From positions 59,001 to 123,000 of the forward strand of contig CAXKVF010000095.1 of assembly GCA_964057225.1 (NCBI GenBank): a DNA stretch of 64,000 bases, read 5' to 3'. A model generated the notes under the pieces. That model was not told the DNA's origin, searched no databases, and saw only the letters and a program-made list of their open reading frames with translations. This stretch comes from Auanema rhodensis (Eukaryota > Animalia > Nematoda). Shown in pieces: positions 25,534 through 40,700 of the stretch. How positions within the stretch are numbered: position 1 is the stretch's first letter; each line of letters starts with the position of its first letter. The position numbers and the translations under genes were made by a program.

Positions 25534-28500
25534 ATTTAATTAGCATAAATTAAAGTTCACGTAAATTTCAAAGTCATGGTTACCATGCACCAATATCAAT
25601 AAAAATTTGTTTTTAGACTAATATGGACATGGGGAATCTAATTTTGAAAACCGCATCTCTTTATCTTTCACGTGAAGCGAGTTACATACCAAGTGCACAT
25701 CAAGTGTACATTTAATTAGCATAAATTAAAGTTCACGTAAATTTCAAAGTCATGGTTACCATGCACCAATATCAATAAAAATTTGTTTTTAGACTAATAT
25801 GGACATGGGGAATCTAATTTTGAAAACCGCATCTCTTTATCTTTCACGTGAAGCGAGTTACATACCAAGTGCACATCACGTGTACATTTAATTAGCATAA
25901 ATTAAAGTTCACGTAAATTTCAAAGTCATGGTTACCATGCACCAATATCAATAAAAATTTGTTTTAAGACTAATATGGACATGGGGAATCTAATTTTGAA
26001 AACCGCATCTCTTCATCTTTCACGTGAAGCGAGTTACATACCAAGTGCACATCAAGTGTACATTTAATTAGCATAAATTAAAGTTCACGTAAATCTCAAA
26101 GTCATGGTTACCATGCACCAATATCAATAAAAATATGTTTTTAGACTAATATGGACATGGGGAATCTAATTTTGAAAACCGCATCTCTTCATCTTTCACG
26201 TGAAGCGAGTTACATACCAAGTGCACATCAAGTGTACATTTAATTAGCATAAATTAAAGTTCACGTAAATCTCAAAGTCATGGTTACCATGCACCAATAT
26301 CAATAAAAATATGTTTTTAGACTAATATGGACATGGGGAATCTAATTTTGAAAACCGCATCTCTTTATCTTTCACGTGAAGCGAGTTACATACCAAGTGC
26401 ACATCACGTGTACATTTAATTAGCATAAATTAAAGTTCACGTAAATTTCAAAGTCATGGTTACCATGAAGCAATATCAATAAAAATTTGTTTTTAGACTA
26501 ATATGGAAATGGGGAATCTAATTTTGAAAACCGCATCTCTTTATCTTTCACGTGAAGCGAGTTACATACCAAGTGCACATCACGTGTACATTTAATTAGC
26601 ATAAATTAAAGTTCACGTAAATTTCAAAGTCATGGTTACCATGAACCAATATCAATAAAAATTTGTTTTTAGACTAATATGGACATGGGGAATCTAATTT
26701 TGAAAACCGCATCTCTTTATGTTTCACGTGAAGCGAGTTACATACCAAGTGCACATCACGTGTACATTTAATTAGCATAAATTAAAGTTCACGTAAATTT
26801 CAAAGTCATGGTTACCATGCACCAATATCAATAAAAATTTGTTTTTAGACTAATATGGACATGGGGAATCTAATTTTGAAAACCGCATCTCTTTATCTTT
26901 CACGTGAAGCGAGTTACATACCAAGTGCACATCAAGTGTACATTTAATTAGCATAAATTAAAGTTCACGTAAATTTCAAAGTCATGGTTACCATGCACCA
27001 ATATCAATAAAAATTTGTTTTTAGACTAATATGGACATGGGGAATCTAATTTTGAAAACCGCATCTCTTTATCTTTCACGTGAAGCGAGTTACATACCAA
27101 GTGCACATCACGTGTACATTTAATTAGCATAAATTAAAGTTCACGTAAATTTCAAAGTCATGGTTACCATGAACCAATATCAATAAAAATTTGTTTTTAG
27201 ACTAATATGGACATGGGGAATCTAATTTTGAAAACCGCATCTCTTTATCTTTCACGTGAAGCGAGTTACATACCAAGTGCACATCACGTGTACATTTAAT
27301 TAGCATAAATTAAAGTTCACGTAAATTTCAAAGTCATGGTTACCATGCACCAATATCAATAAAAATTTGTTTTTAGACTAATATGGACATGAGGAATCTA
27401 ATTTTAAAAACCGCATCTCTTTATCTTTCACGTGAAGCGAGTTACATACCGAGTGCACATCACGTGTACATTTAATTAGCATAAATTAAAGTTCACGTAA
27501 ATTTCAAAGTCATGGTTACCATGCACCAATATCAATAAAAATTTGTTTTTAGACTAATATGGACATGGGGAATCTAATTTTGAAAACCGCATCTCTTCAT
27601 CTTTCACGTTAAGCGAGTTACATACCAAGTGCACATCACGTCTAAATTTAATTAGCATAAATTAAAGTTCACGAAAATTTCAAAGTCATGGTTACCATGA
27701 ACCAATATCAATAAAAATTTGTTTTTAGACTAATATGGACATGGGCAATCTAATTTTGAAAACCGCATCTCTTCATCTTTCACGTGAAGCGAGTTACATA
27801 CCAAGTGCACATCACGTGTACATTTAATTAGCATAAATTAAAGTTCACGTAAATTTCAAAGTCATGGTTACCATGCACCAATATCAATAAAAATTTGTTT
27901 TTAGACTAATATGGACATGGGGAATCTAATTTTGAAAACCGCATCTCTTCATCTTTCACGTGAAGCGAGTTACATACCAAGTGCACATCACGTGTACATT
28001 TAATTAGCATAAATTAAAGTTCACGTAAATTTCAAAGTCATGGTTACCATGAACCAATATCAATAAAAATTTGTTTTTAGACTAATATGGACATGGGGAA
28101 TCTAATTTTGAAAACCGCATCTCTTTATCTTTCACGTGAAGCGAGTTACATACCAAGTGCACATCACGTGTACATTTAATTAGCATAAATTAAAGTTCAC
28201 GTAAATTTCAAAGTCATGGTTACCATGCACCAATATCAAAAAAAATTTGTTTTTAGACTAATATGGACATGGGGAATCTAATTTTGAAAACCGCATCTCT
28301 TTATCTTTCACGTGAAGCGAGTTACATACCAAGTGCACATCACGTGTACATTTAATTAGCATAAATTAAAGTTCACGTAAATTTCAAAGTCATGGTTACC
28401 ATGAACCAATATCAATAAAAATTTGTTTTTAGACTAATATGGACATGGGAAATCTAATGTTGAAAACCGCATCTCTTTATCTTTCACGTGAAGCGAGTTA

Positions 28501-29867
28501 CATACCAAGTGCACATCACGTTTACAATTAATTAGCATAAATTAAAGTTCACGTAAATTTCAAAGTCATGGTTACCATGAACCAATATCAATAAAAATTT
28601 GTTTTTAGACTAATATGGACATGGGGAATCTAATGTTGAAAACCGCATCTCTTTATCTTTCACGTGAAGCGAGTTACATACCAAGTGCACATCACGTGTA
28701 CATTTAATTAGCATAAATTAAAGTTCACGTAAATTTCAAAGTCATGGTTACCATGAACCAATATCAATACAAATTTGTTTTTAGACTAATATGGACATGG
28801 GGAATCTAATGTTGAAAACCGCATCTCTTTATCTTTCACGTGAAGCGAGTTACATACCAAGTGCACATCACGTGTACATTTAATTAGCATAAATTAAAGT
28901 TCACGTAAATTTCAAAGTCATGGTTACCATGCACCAATATCAATAAAAATTTGTTTTTAGACTAATATGGACATGGGGAATCTAATGTTGAAAACCGCAT
29001 CTCTTTATCTTTCACGTGAAGCGAGTTACATACCAAGTGCACATCACGTGTACATTTAATTAGCATAAATTAAAGTTCACGTAAATTTCAAAGTCATGGT
29101 TACCATGAACCAATATCAATACAAATTTGTTTTTAGACTAATATGGACATGGGGAATCTAATTTTGAAAACCGCATCTCTTTATCTTTCACGTGAAGCGA
29201 GTTACATACCAAGTGCACATCACGTGTACATTTAATTAGCATAAATTAAAGTTCACGTAAATTTCAAAGTCATGGTTACCATGCACCAATATCAATAAAA
29301 ATTTGTTTTTAGACTAATATGGACATGGGGAATCCAATGTTGAAAACCGCATCTCTTTATCTTTCACGTGAAGCGAGTTACATACCAAGTGCACATCACG
29401 TGTACATTTAATTAGCATAAATTAAAGTTCACGTAAATTTCAAAGTCATGGTTACCATGCACCAATATCAATAAAAATTTGTTTTTAGACTAATATGGAC
29501 ATGGGGAATCTAATGTTGAAAACCGCATCTCTTTATCTTTCACGTGAAGCGAGTTACATACCAAGTGCACATCACGTGTACATTTAATTAGCATAAATTA
29601 AAGTTCACGTAAATTTCAAAGTCATGGTTACCATGCACCAATATCAATAAAAATTTGTTTTTAGACTAATATGGACATGGGGAATCTAATGTTGAAAACC
29701 GCATCTCTTTATCTTTCACGTGAAGCGAGTTACATACCAAGTGCACATCACGTGTACATTTAATTAGCATAAATTAAAGTTCACGTAAATTTCAAAGTCA
29801 TGGTTACCATGAACCAATATCAATAAAAATTTGTTTTTAGACTAATATGGACATGGGGAATCTAATT

Positions 29868-32330
29868 TTGAAAACCGCATCTCTTTATCTTTCACGTGAA
29901 GCGAGTTACATACCAAGTGCACATCACGTGTACATTTAATTAGCATAAATTAAAGTTCACGTAAATTTCAAAGTCATGGTTACCATGCACCAATATCAAT
30001 AAAAATTTGTTTTTAGACTAATATGGACATGGGGAATCTAATGTTGAAAACCGCATCTCTTTATCTTTCACGTGAAGCGAGTTACATACCAAGTGCACAT
30101 CACGTGTACATTTAATTAGCATAAATTAAAGTTCACGTAAATTTCAAAGTCATGGTTACCATGCACCAATATCAATAAAAATTTGTTTTTAGACTAATAT
30201 GGACATGGGGAATCTAATGTTGAAAACCGCATCTCTTTATCTTTCACGTGAAGCGAGTTACATACCAAGTGCACATCACGTGTACATTTAATTAGCATAA
30301 ATTAAAGTTCACGTAAATTTCAAAGTCATGGTTACCATGAACCAATATCAATACAAATTTGTTTTTAGACTAATATGGACATGGGGAATCTAATTTTAAA
30401 AACCGCATCTCTTTATCTTTCACGTGAAGCGAGTTACATACCAAGTGCACATCACGTGTACATTTAATTAGCATAAATTAAAGTTCACGTAAATTTCAAA
30501 GTCATGGTTACCATGAACCAATATCAATAAAAATTTGTTTTTAGACTAATATGGACATGGGGAATCTAATTTTGAAAACCGCATCTCTTTATCTTTCACG
30601 TGAAGCGAGTTACATACCAAGTGCACATCACGTGTACATTTAATTAGCATAAATTAAAGTTCACGTAAATTTCAAAGTCATGGTTACCATGCACCAATAT
30701 CAATAAAAATTTGTTTTTAGACTAATATGGACATGGGGAATCTAATGTTGAAAACCGCATCTCTTTATCTTTCACGTGAAGCGAGTTACATACCAAGTGC
30801 ACATCACGTGTACATTTAATTAGCATAAATTAAAGTTCACGTAAATTTCAAAGTCATGGTTACCATGAACCAATATCAATACAAATTTGTTTTTAGACTA
30901 ATATGGACATGGGGAATCTAATTTTGAAAACCGCATCACTTTATCTTTCACGTGAAGCGAGTTACATACCAAGTGCACATCACGTGTACATTTAATTAGC
31001 ATAAATTAAAGTTCACGTAAATTTCAAAGTCATGGTTACCATGCACCAATATCAATAAAAATTTGTTTTTAGACTAATATGGACATGGGGAATCTAATGT
31101 TGAAAACCGCATCTCTTTATCTTTCACGTGAAGCGAGTTACATACCAAGTGCACATCACGTGTACATTTAATTAGCATAAATTAAAGTTCACGTAAATTT
31201 CAAAGTCATGGTTACCATGCACCAATATCAATAAAAATTTGTTTTTAGACTAATATGGACATGGGGAATCTAATGTTGAAAACCGCATCTCTTTATCTTT
31301 CACGTGAAGCGAGTTACATACCAAGTGCACATCACGTGTACATTTAATTAGCATAAATTAAAGTTCACGTAAATTTCAAAGTCATGGTTACCATGCACCA
31401 ATATCAATAAAAATTTGTTTTTAGACTAATATGGACATGGGGAATCTAATGTTGAAAACCGCATCTCTTTATCTTTCACGTGAAGCGAGTTACATACCAA
31501 GTGCACATCACGTGTACATTTAATTAGCATAAATTAAAGTTCACGTAAATTTCAAAGTCATGGTTACCATGAACCAATATCAATACAAATTTGTTTTTAG
31601 ACTAATATGGACATGGGGAATCTAATTTTAAAAACCGCATCTCTTTATCTTTCACGTGAAGCGAGTTACATACCAAGTGCACATCACGTGTACATTTAAT
31701 TAGCATAAATTAAAGTTCACGTAAATTTCAAAGTCATGGTTACCATGAACCAATATCAATAAAAATTTGTTTTTAGACTAATATGGACATGGGGAATCTA
31801 ATTTTGAAAACCGCATCTCTTTATCTTTCACGTGAAGCGAGTTACATACCAAGTGCACATCACGTGTACATTTAATTAGCATAAATTAAAGTTCACGTAA
31901 ATTTCAAAGTCATGGTTACCATGCACCAATATCAATAAAAATTTGTTTTTAGACTAATATGGACATGGGGAATCTAATGTTGAAAACCGCATCTCTTTAT
32001 CTTTCACGTGAAGCGAGTTACATACCAAGTGCACATCACGTGTACATTTAATTAGCATAAATTAAAGTTCACGTAAATTTCAAAGTCATGGTTACCATGA
32101 ACCAATATCAATACAAATTTGTTTTTAGACTAATATGGACATGGGGAATCTAATTTTGAAAACCGCATCACTTTATCTTTCACGTGAAGCGAGTTACATA
32201 CCAAGTGCACATCACGTGTACATTTAATTAGCATAAATTAAAGTTCACGTAAATTTCAAAGTCATGGTTACCATGCACCAATATCAATAAAAATTTGTTT
32301 TTAGACTAATATGGACATGGGGAATCTAAT
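29868..32330. repeat. 7-mer (1232 bp) higher-order tandem duplication, 2 copies
   Basis: Lag 1232: G113A 30398/31630 and T125A 30938/32170, with a matching A69C/T110G pattern. Boundaries are approximate. Confidence 0.88.
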
Positions 32331-33861
32331 ATTGAAAATCGCATCTCTTTATCTTTCACGTGAAGCGAGTTACATACCAAGTGCACATCACGTGTACATT
32401 TAATTAGCATAAATTAAAGTTCATGTAAATTTCAAAGTCATGGTTACCATGCACCAATATCAATAAAAATTTGTTTTTACACTAATATGGACATGGGGAA
32501 TCTAATTTTGAAAACCGCATCTCTTTATCTTTCACGTGAAGCGAGTTACATACCAAGTGCACATCACGTGTACATTTAATTAGCATAAATTAAAGTTCAC
32601 GTAAATTTCAAAGTCATGGTTACCATGAACCAATATCAATAAAAATTTGTTTTTAGACTAATATGGACATGGGGAATCTAATTTTGAAAACCGCATCTCT
32701 TTATCTTTCACGTGAAGCGAGTTACATACCAAGTGCACATCACGTGTACATTTAATTAGCATAAATTAAAGTTCACGTAAAATTCAAAGTCATGGTTACC
32801 ATGCACCAATATCAATACAAATTTGTTTTTAGACTAATATGGACATGGGGAATCTAATTTTGAAAACCGCATCTCTTTATCTTTCACGTGAAGCGAGTTA
32901 CATACCAAGTGCACATCACGTGTACATTTAATTAGCATAAATTAAAGTTCACGTAAATTTCAAAGTCATGGTTACCATGAACCAATATCAATAAAAATTT
33001 GTTTTTAGACTAATATGGACATGGGGAATCTAATTTTGGAAACCGCATCTCTTTATCTTTCACGTGAAGCGAGTTACATACCAAGTGCACATCACGTGTA
33101 CATTTAATTAGCATAAATTAAAGTTCACGTAAATTTCAAAGTCATGGTTACCATGAACCAATATCAATAAAAATTTGTTTTTAGACTAATATGGACATGG
33201 GGAATCTAATTTTGAAAACCGCATCTTTTTATCTTTCACGTGAAGCGAGTTACATACCAAGTGCACATCACGTGTACATTTAATTAGCATAAATTAAAGT
33301 TCACGTAAATTTCAAAGTCATGGTTACCATGAAGCAATATCAATAAAAATTTGTTTTTAGACTAATATGGACATGGGGAATCTAATTTTGAAAACCGCAT
33401 CTCTTTATCTTTCACGTGAAGCGAGTTACATACCAAGTGCACATCACGTGTACATTTAATTAGCATAAATTAAAGTTCACGTAAATTTCAAAGTCCTGGT
33501 TACCATGAACCAATATCAATAAAAATTTGTTTTTAGACTAATATGGACATGGGGAATCTAATTTTGAAAACCGCATCTCTTTATCTTTCACGTGAAGCGA
33601 GTTACATACCAAGTGCACATCACGTGTACATTTAATTAGCATAAATTAAAGTTCACGTAAAATTCAAAGTCATGGTTACCATGCACCAATATCAATAAAA
33701 ATTTGTTTTTAGACTAATATGGACATGGGGAATCTAATTTTGAAAACCGCATCTCTTTATCTTTCACGTGAAGCGAGTTACTTACCAAGTGCACATCACG
33801 TGTACATTTAATTAGCATAAATTAAAGTTCACGTAAATTTCAAAGTCATGGTTACCATGAA

Positions 33862-36800
33862 CCAATATCAATAAAAATTTGTTTTTAGACTAATATGGAC
33901 ATGGGGAATCTAATGTTGAAAACCGCATCTCTTTATCTTTCACGTGAAGCGAGTTACATACCAAGTGCACATCACGTGTACATTTAATTAGCATAAATTA
34001 AAGTTCACGTAAATTTCAAAGTCATGGTTACCATGAACCAATATCAATACAAATTTGTTTTTAGACTAATATGGACATGGGGAATCTAATTTTGAAAACC
34101 GCATCTCTTTATCTTTCACGTGAAGCGAGTTACATACCAAGTGCACATCACGTGTACATTTAATTAGCATAAATTAAAGTTCACGTAAATTTCAAAGTCA
34201 TGGTTACCATGAAGCAATATCAATAAAAATTTGTTTTTAGACTAATATGGACATGGGGAATCTAATTTTGAAAACCGCATCTCTTTATCTTTCACGTGAA
34301 GCGAGTTACATACCAAGTGCACATCACGTGTACATTTAATTAGCATAAATTAAAGTTCACGTAAATTTCAAAGTCATGGTTACCATGCACCAATATCAAT
34401 AAAAATTTGTTTTTAGACTAATATGGACATGGGGAATCTAATGTTGAAAACCGCATCTCTTTATCTTTCACGTGAAGCGAGTTACATACCAAGTGCACAT
34501 CACGTGTACATTTAATTAGCATAAATTAAAGTTCACGTAAATTTCAAAGTCATGGTTACCATGAACCAATATCAATACAAATTTGTTTTTAGACTAATAT
34601 GGACATGGGGAATCTAATTTTGAAAACCGCATCACTTTATCTTTCACGTGAAGCGAGTTACATACCAAGTGCACATCACGTGTACATTTAATTAGCATAA
34701 ATTAAAGTTCACGTAAATTTCAAAGTCATGGTTACCATGCACCAATATCAATAAAAATTTGTTTTTAGACTAATATGGACATGGGGAATCTAATGTTGAA
34801 AATCGCATCTCTTTATCTTTCACGTGAAGCGAGTTACATACCAAGTGCACATCACGTGTACATTTAATTAGCATAAATTAAAGTTCATGTAAATTTCAAA
34901 GTCATGGTTACCATGCACCAATATCAATAAAAATTTGTTTTTACACTAATATGGACATGGGGAATCTAATTTTGAAAACCGCATCTCTTTATCTTTCACG
35001 TGAAGCGAGTTACATACCAAGTGCACATCACGTGTACATTTAATTAGCATAAATTAAAGTTCACGTAAATTTCAAAGTCATGGTTACCATGAACCAATAT
35101 CAATAAAAATTTGTTTTTAGACTAATATGGACAGGGGGAATCTAATTTTGAAAACCGCATCTCTTTATCTTTCACGTGAAGCGAGTTACATACCAAGTGC
35201 ACATCACGTGTACATTTAATTAGCATAAATTAAAGTTCACGTAAAATTCAAAGTCATGGTTACCATGCACCAATATCAATAAAAATTTGTTTTTAGACTA
35301 ATATGGACATGGGGAATCTAATTTTGAAAACCGCATCTCTTTATCTTTCACGTGAAGCGAGTTACATACCAAGTGCACATCACGTGTACATTTAATTAGC
35401 ATAAATTAAAGTTCACGTAAATTTCAAAGTCATGGTTACCATGAAGCAATATCAATAAAAATTTGTTTTTAGACTAATATGGACATGGGGAATCTAATTT
35501 TGAAAACCGCATCTCTTTATCTTTCACGTGAAGCGAGTTACATACCAAGTGCACATCACGTGTACATTTAATTAGCATAAATTAAAGTTCACGTAAATTT
35601 CAAAGTCCTGGTTACCATGAACCAATATCAATAAAAATTTGTTTTTAGACTAATATGGACATGGGGAATCTAATTTTGAAAACCGCATCTCTTTATCTTT
35701 CACGTGAAGCGAGTTACATACCAAGTGCACATCACGTGTACATTTAATTAGCATAAATTAAAGTTCACGTAAAATTCAAAGTCATGGTTACCATGCACCA
35801 ATATCAATAAAAATTTGTTTTTAGACTAATATGGACATGGGGAATCTAATGTTGAAAACCGCATCTCTTTATCTTTCACGTGAAGCGAGTTACATACCAA
35901 GTGCACATCACGTGTACATTTAATTAGCATAAATTAAAGTTCACGTAAATTTCAAAGTCATGGTTACCATGAACCAATATCAATACAAATTTGTTTTTAG
36001 ACTAATATGGACATGGGGAATCTAATTTTGAAAACCGCATCTCTTTATCTTTCACGTGAAGCGAGTTACATACCAAGTGCACATCACGTGTACATTTAAT
36101 TAGCATAAATTAAAGTTCACGTAAATTTCAAAGTCATGGTTACCATGAAGCAATATCAATAAAAATTTGTTTTTAGACTAATATGGACATGGGGAATCTA
36201 ATTTTGAAAACCGCATCTCTTTATCTTTCACGTGAAGCGAGTTACATACCAAGTGCACATCACGTGTACATTTAATTAGCATAAATTAAAGTTCACGTAA
36301 ATTTCAAAGTCATGGTTACCATGCACCAATATCAATAAAAATTTGTTTTTAGACTAATATGGACATGGGGAATCTAATGTTGAAAACCGCATCTCTTTAT
36401 CTTTCACGTGAAGCGAGTTACATACCAAGTGCACATCACGTGTACATTTAATTAGCATAAATTAAAGTTCACGTAAATTTCAAAGTCATGGTTACCATGA
36501 ACCAATATCAATACAAATTTGTTTTTAGACTAATATGGACATGGGGAATCTAATTTTGAAAACCGCATCACTTTATCTTTCACGTGAAGCGAGTTACATA
36601 CCAAGTGCACATCACGTGTACATTTAATTAGCATAAATTAAAGTTCACGTAAATTTCAAAGTCATGGTTACCATGCACCAATATCAATAAAAATTTGTTT
36701 TTAGACTAATATGGACATGGGGAATCTAATGTTGAAAATCGCATCTCTTTATCTTTCACGTGAAGCGAGTTACATACCAAGTGCACATCACGTGTACATT

Positions 36801-37786
36801 TAATTAGCATAAATTAAAGTTCATGTAAATTTCAAAGTCATGGTTACCATGCACCAATATCAATAAAAATTTGTTTTTACACTAATATGGACATGGGGAA
36901 TCTAATTTTGAAAACCGCATCTCTTTATCTTTCACGTGAAGCGAGTTACATACCAAGTGCACATCACGTGTACATTTAATTAGCATAAATTAAAGTTCAC
37001 GTAAATTTCAAAGTCATGGTTACCATGAACCAATATCAATAAAAATTTGTTTTTAGACTAATATGGACAGGGGGAATCTAATTTTGAAAACCGCATCTCT
37101 TTATCTTTCACGTGAAGCGAGTTACATACCAAGTGCACATCACGTGTACATTTAATTAGCATAAATTAAAGTTCACGTAAAATTCAAAGTCATGGTTACC
37201 ATGCACCAATATCAATAAAAATTTGTTTTTAGACTAATATGGACATGGGGAATCTAATTTTGAAAACCGCATCTCTTTATCTTTCACGTGAAGCGAGTTA
37301 CATACCAAGTGCACATCACGTGTACATTTAATTAGCATAAATTAAAGTTCACGTAAATTTCAAAGTCATGGTTACCATGAAGCAATATCAATAAAAATTT
37401 GTTTTTAGACTAATATGGACATGGGGAATCTAATTTTGAAAACCGCATCTCTTTATCTTTCACGTGAAGCGAGTTACATACCAAGTGCACATCACGTGTA
37501 CATTTAATTAGCATAAATTAAAGTTCACGTAAATTTCAAAGTCCTGGTTACCATGAACCAATATCAATAAAAATTTGTTTTTAGACTAATATGGACATGG
37601 GGAATCTAATTTTGAAAACCGCATCTCTTTATCTTTCACGTGAAGCGAGTTACATACCAAGTGCACATCACGTGTACATTTAATTAGCATAAATTAAAGT
37701 TCACGTAAAATTCAAAGTCATGGTTACCATGCACCAATATCAATAAAAATTTGTTTTTAGACTAATATGGACATGGGGAATCTAAT
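33862..37786. repeat. 11-mer (1936 bp) higher-order tandem duplication, 2 copies
   Basis: Lag 1936: T125A 34634/36570, C118T 34803/36739, C27T 34888/36824, G83C 34944/36880, T97G 35134/37070 and A43C 35608/37544. Boundaries are approximate. Confidence 0.92.
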
Positions 37787-40700
37787 TTTGAAAACCGCAT
37801 CTCTTTATCTTTCACGTGAAGCGAGTTACATACCAAGTGCACATCACGTGTACATTTAATTAGCATAAATTAAAGTTCACGTAAATTTCAAAGTCATGGT
37901 TACCATGAACCAATATCAATAAAAATTTGTTTTTAGACTAATATGGACATGGGGAATCTAATTTTGAAAACCGCATCTCTTTATCTTTCACGTGAAGCGA
38001 GTTACATACCAAGTGCACATCACGTGTACATTTAATTAGCATAAATTAAAGTTCACGTAAATTTCAAAGTCATGGTTACCATGAAGCAATATCAATAAAA
38101 ATTTGTTTTTAGACTAATATGGACATGGGGAATCTAATTTTGAAAACCGCATCTCTTTATCTTTCACGTGAAGCGAGTTACATACCAAGTGCACATCACG
38201 TGTACATTTAATTAGCATAAATTAAAGTTCACGTAAATTTCAAAGTCATGGTTACCATGAACCAATATCAATAAAAATTTGTTTTTAGACTAATATGGAC
38301 ATGGGGAATCTAATTTTGAAAACCGCATCTCTTTATCTTTCACGTGAAGCGAGTTACATACCAAGTGCACATCACGTGTACATTTAATTAGCATAAATTA
38401 AAGTTCACGTAAATTTCAAAGTCATGGTTACCATGAACCAATATCAATAAAAATTTGTTTTTAGACTAATATGGACATGGGGAATCTAATTTTGAAAACC
38501 GCATTTCTTTATCTTTCACGTGAAGCGAGTTACATACCAAGTGCACATCACGTGTACATTTAATTAGCATAAATTAAAGTTCACGTAAATTTCAAAGTCA
38601 TGGTTACCATGAACCAATATCAATAAAAATTTGTTTTTAGACTAATATGGACATGGGGAATCTAATTTTGAAAACCGCATTTCTTTATCTTTCACGTGAA
38701 GCGAGTTACATACCAAGTGCACATCACGTGTACATTTAATTAGCATAAATTAAAGTTCACGTAAATTTCAAAGTCATGGTTACCATGCACCAATATCAAT
38801 AAAAATTTGTTTTTAGACTAATATGGACATGGGGAATCTAATTTTGAAAACCGCATCTCTTTATCTTTCACGTGAAGCGAGTTACATACCAAGTGCACAT
38901 CACGTGTACATTTAATTAGCATAAATTAAAGTTCACGTAAATTTCAAAGTCATGGTTACCATGCACCAATATCAATAAAAATTTGTTTTAAGACTAATAT
39001 GGACATGGGGAATCTAATTTTGAAAACCGCATCTCTTCATCTTTCACGTGAAGCGAGTTACATACCAAGTGCACATCACGTGTACATTTAATTAGCATAA
39101 ATTAAAGTTCACGTAAATTTCAAAGTCCTGGTTACCATGAACCAATATCAATAAAAATTTGTTTTTAGACTAATATGGACATGGGGAATCTAATTTTGAA
39201 AACCGCATCTCTTTATCTTTCACGTGAAGCGAGTTACATACCAAGTGCACATCACGTGTACATTTAATTAGCATAAATTAAAGTTCACGTAAAATTCAAA
39301 GTCATGGTTACCATGCACCAATATCAATAAAAATTTGTTTTTAGACTAATATGGACATGGGGAATCTAATTTTGAAAACCGCATCTCTTTATCTTTCACG
39401 TGAAGCGAGTTACATACCAAGTGCACATCACGTGTACATTTAATTAGCATAAATTAAAGTTCACGTAAATTTCAAAGTCATGGTTACCATGCACCAATAT
39501 CAATAAAAATTTGTTTTAAGACTAATATGGACATGGGGAATCTAATTTTGAAAACCGCATCTCTTCATCTTTCACGTGAAGCGAGTTACATACCAAGTGC
39601 ACATCACGTGTACATTTAATTAGCATAAATTAAAGTTCACGTAAAATTCAAAGTCATGGTTACCATGCACCAATATCAATAAAAATTTGTTTTTAGACTA
39701 ATATGGACATGGGGAATCTAATTTTGAAAACCGCATCTCTTTATCTTTCACGTGAAGCGAGTTACATACCAAGTGCACATCACGTGTACATTTAATTAGC
39801 ATAAATTAAAGTTCACGTAAATTTCAAAGTCATGGTTACCATGCACCAATATCAATAAAAATTTGTTTTAAGACTAATATGGACATGGGGAATCTAATTT
39901 TGAAAACCGCATCTCTTCATCTTTCACGTGAAGCGAGTTACATACCAAGTGCACATCACGTGTACATTTAATTAGCATAAATTAAAGTTCACGTAAATTT
40001 CAAAGTCCTGGTTACCATGAACCAATATCAATAAAAATTTGTTTTTAGACTAATATGGACATGGGGAATCTAATTTTGAAAACCGCATCTCTTTATCTTT
40101 CACGTGAAGCGAGTTACATACCAAGTGCACATCACGTGTACATTTAATTAGCATAAATTAAAGTTCACGTAAAATTCAAAGTCATGGTTACCATGCACCA
40201 ATATCAATAAAAATTTGTTTTTAGACTAATATGGACATGGGGAATCTAATTTTGAAAACCGCATCTCTTTATCTTTCACGTGAAGCGAGTTACATACCAA
40301 GTGCACATCACGTGTACATTTAATTAGCATAAATTAAAGTTCACGTAAATTTCAAAGTCATGGTTACCATGAACCAATATCAATAAAAATTTGTTTTTAG
40401 ACTAATATGGACATGGGGAATCTAATTTTGAAAACCGCATCTCTTTATCTTTCACGTGAAGCGAGTTACATACCAAGTGCACATCACGTGTACATTTAAT
40501 TAGCATAAATTAAAGTTCACGTAAATTTCAAAGTCATGGTTACCATGAAGCAATATCAATAAAAATTTGTTTTTAGACTAATATGGACATGGGGAATCTA
40601 ATTTTGAAAACCGCATCTCTTTATCTTTCACGTGAAGCGAGTTACATACCAAGTGCACATCACGTGTACATTTAATTAGCATAAATTAAAGTTCACGTAA

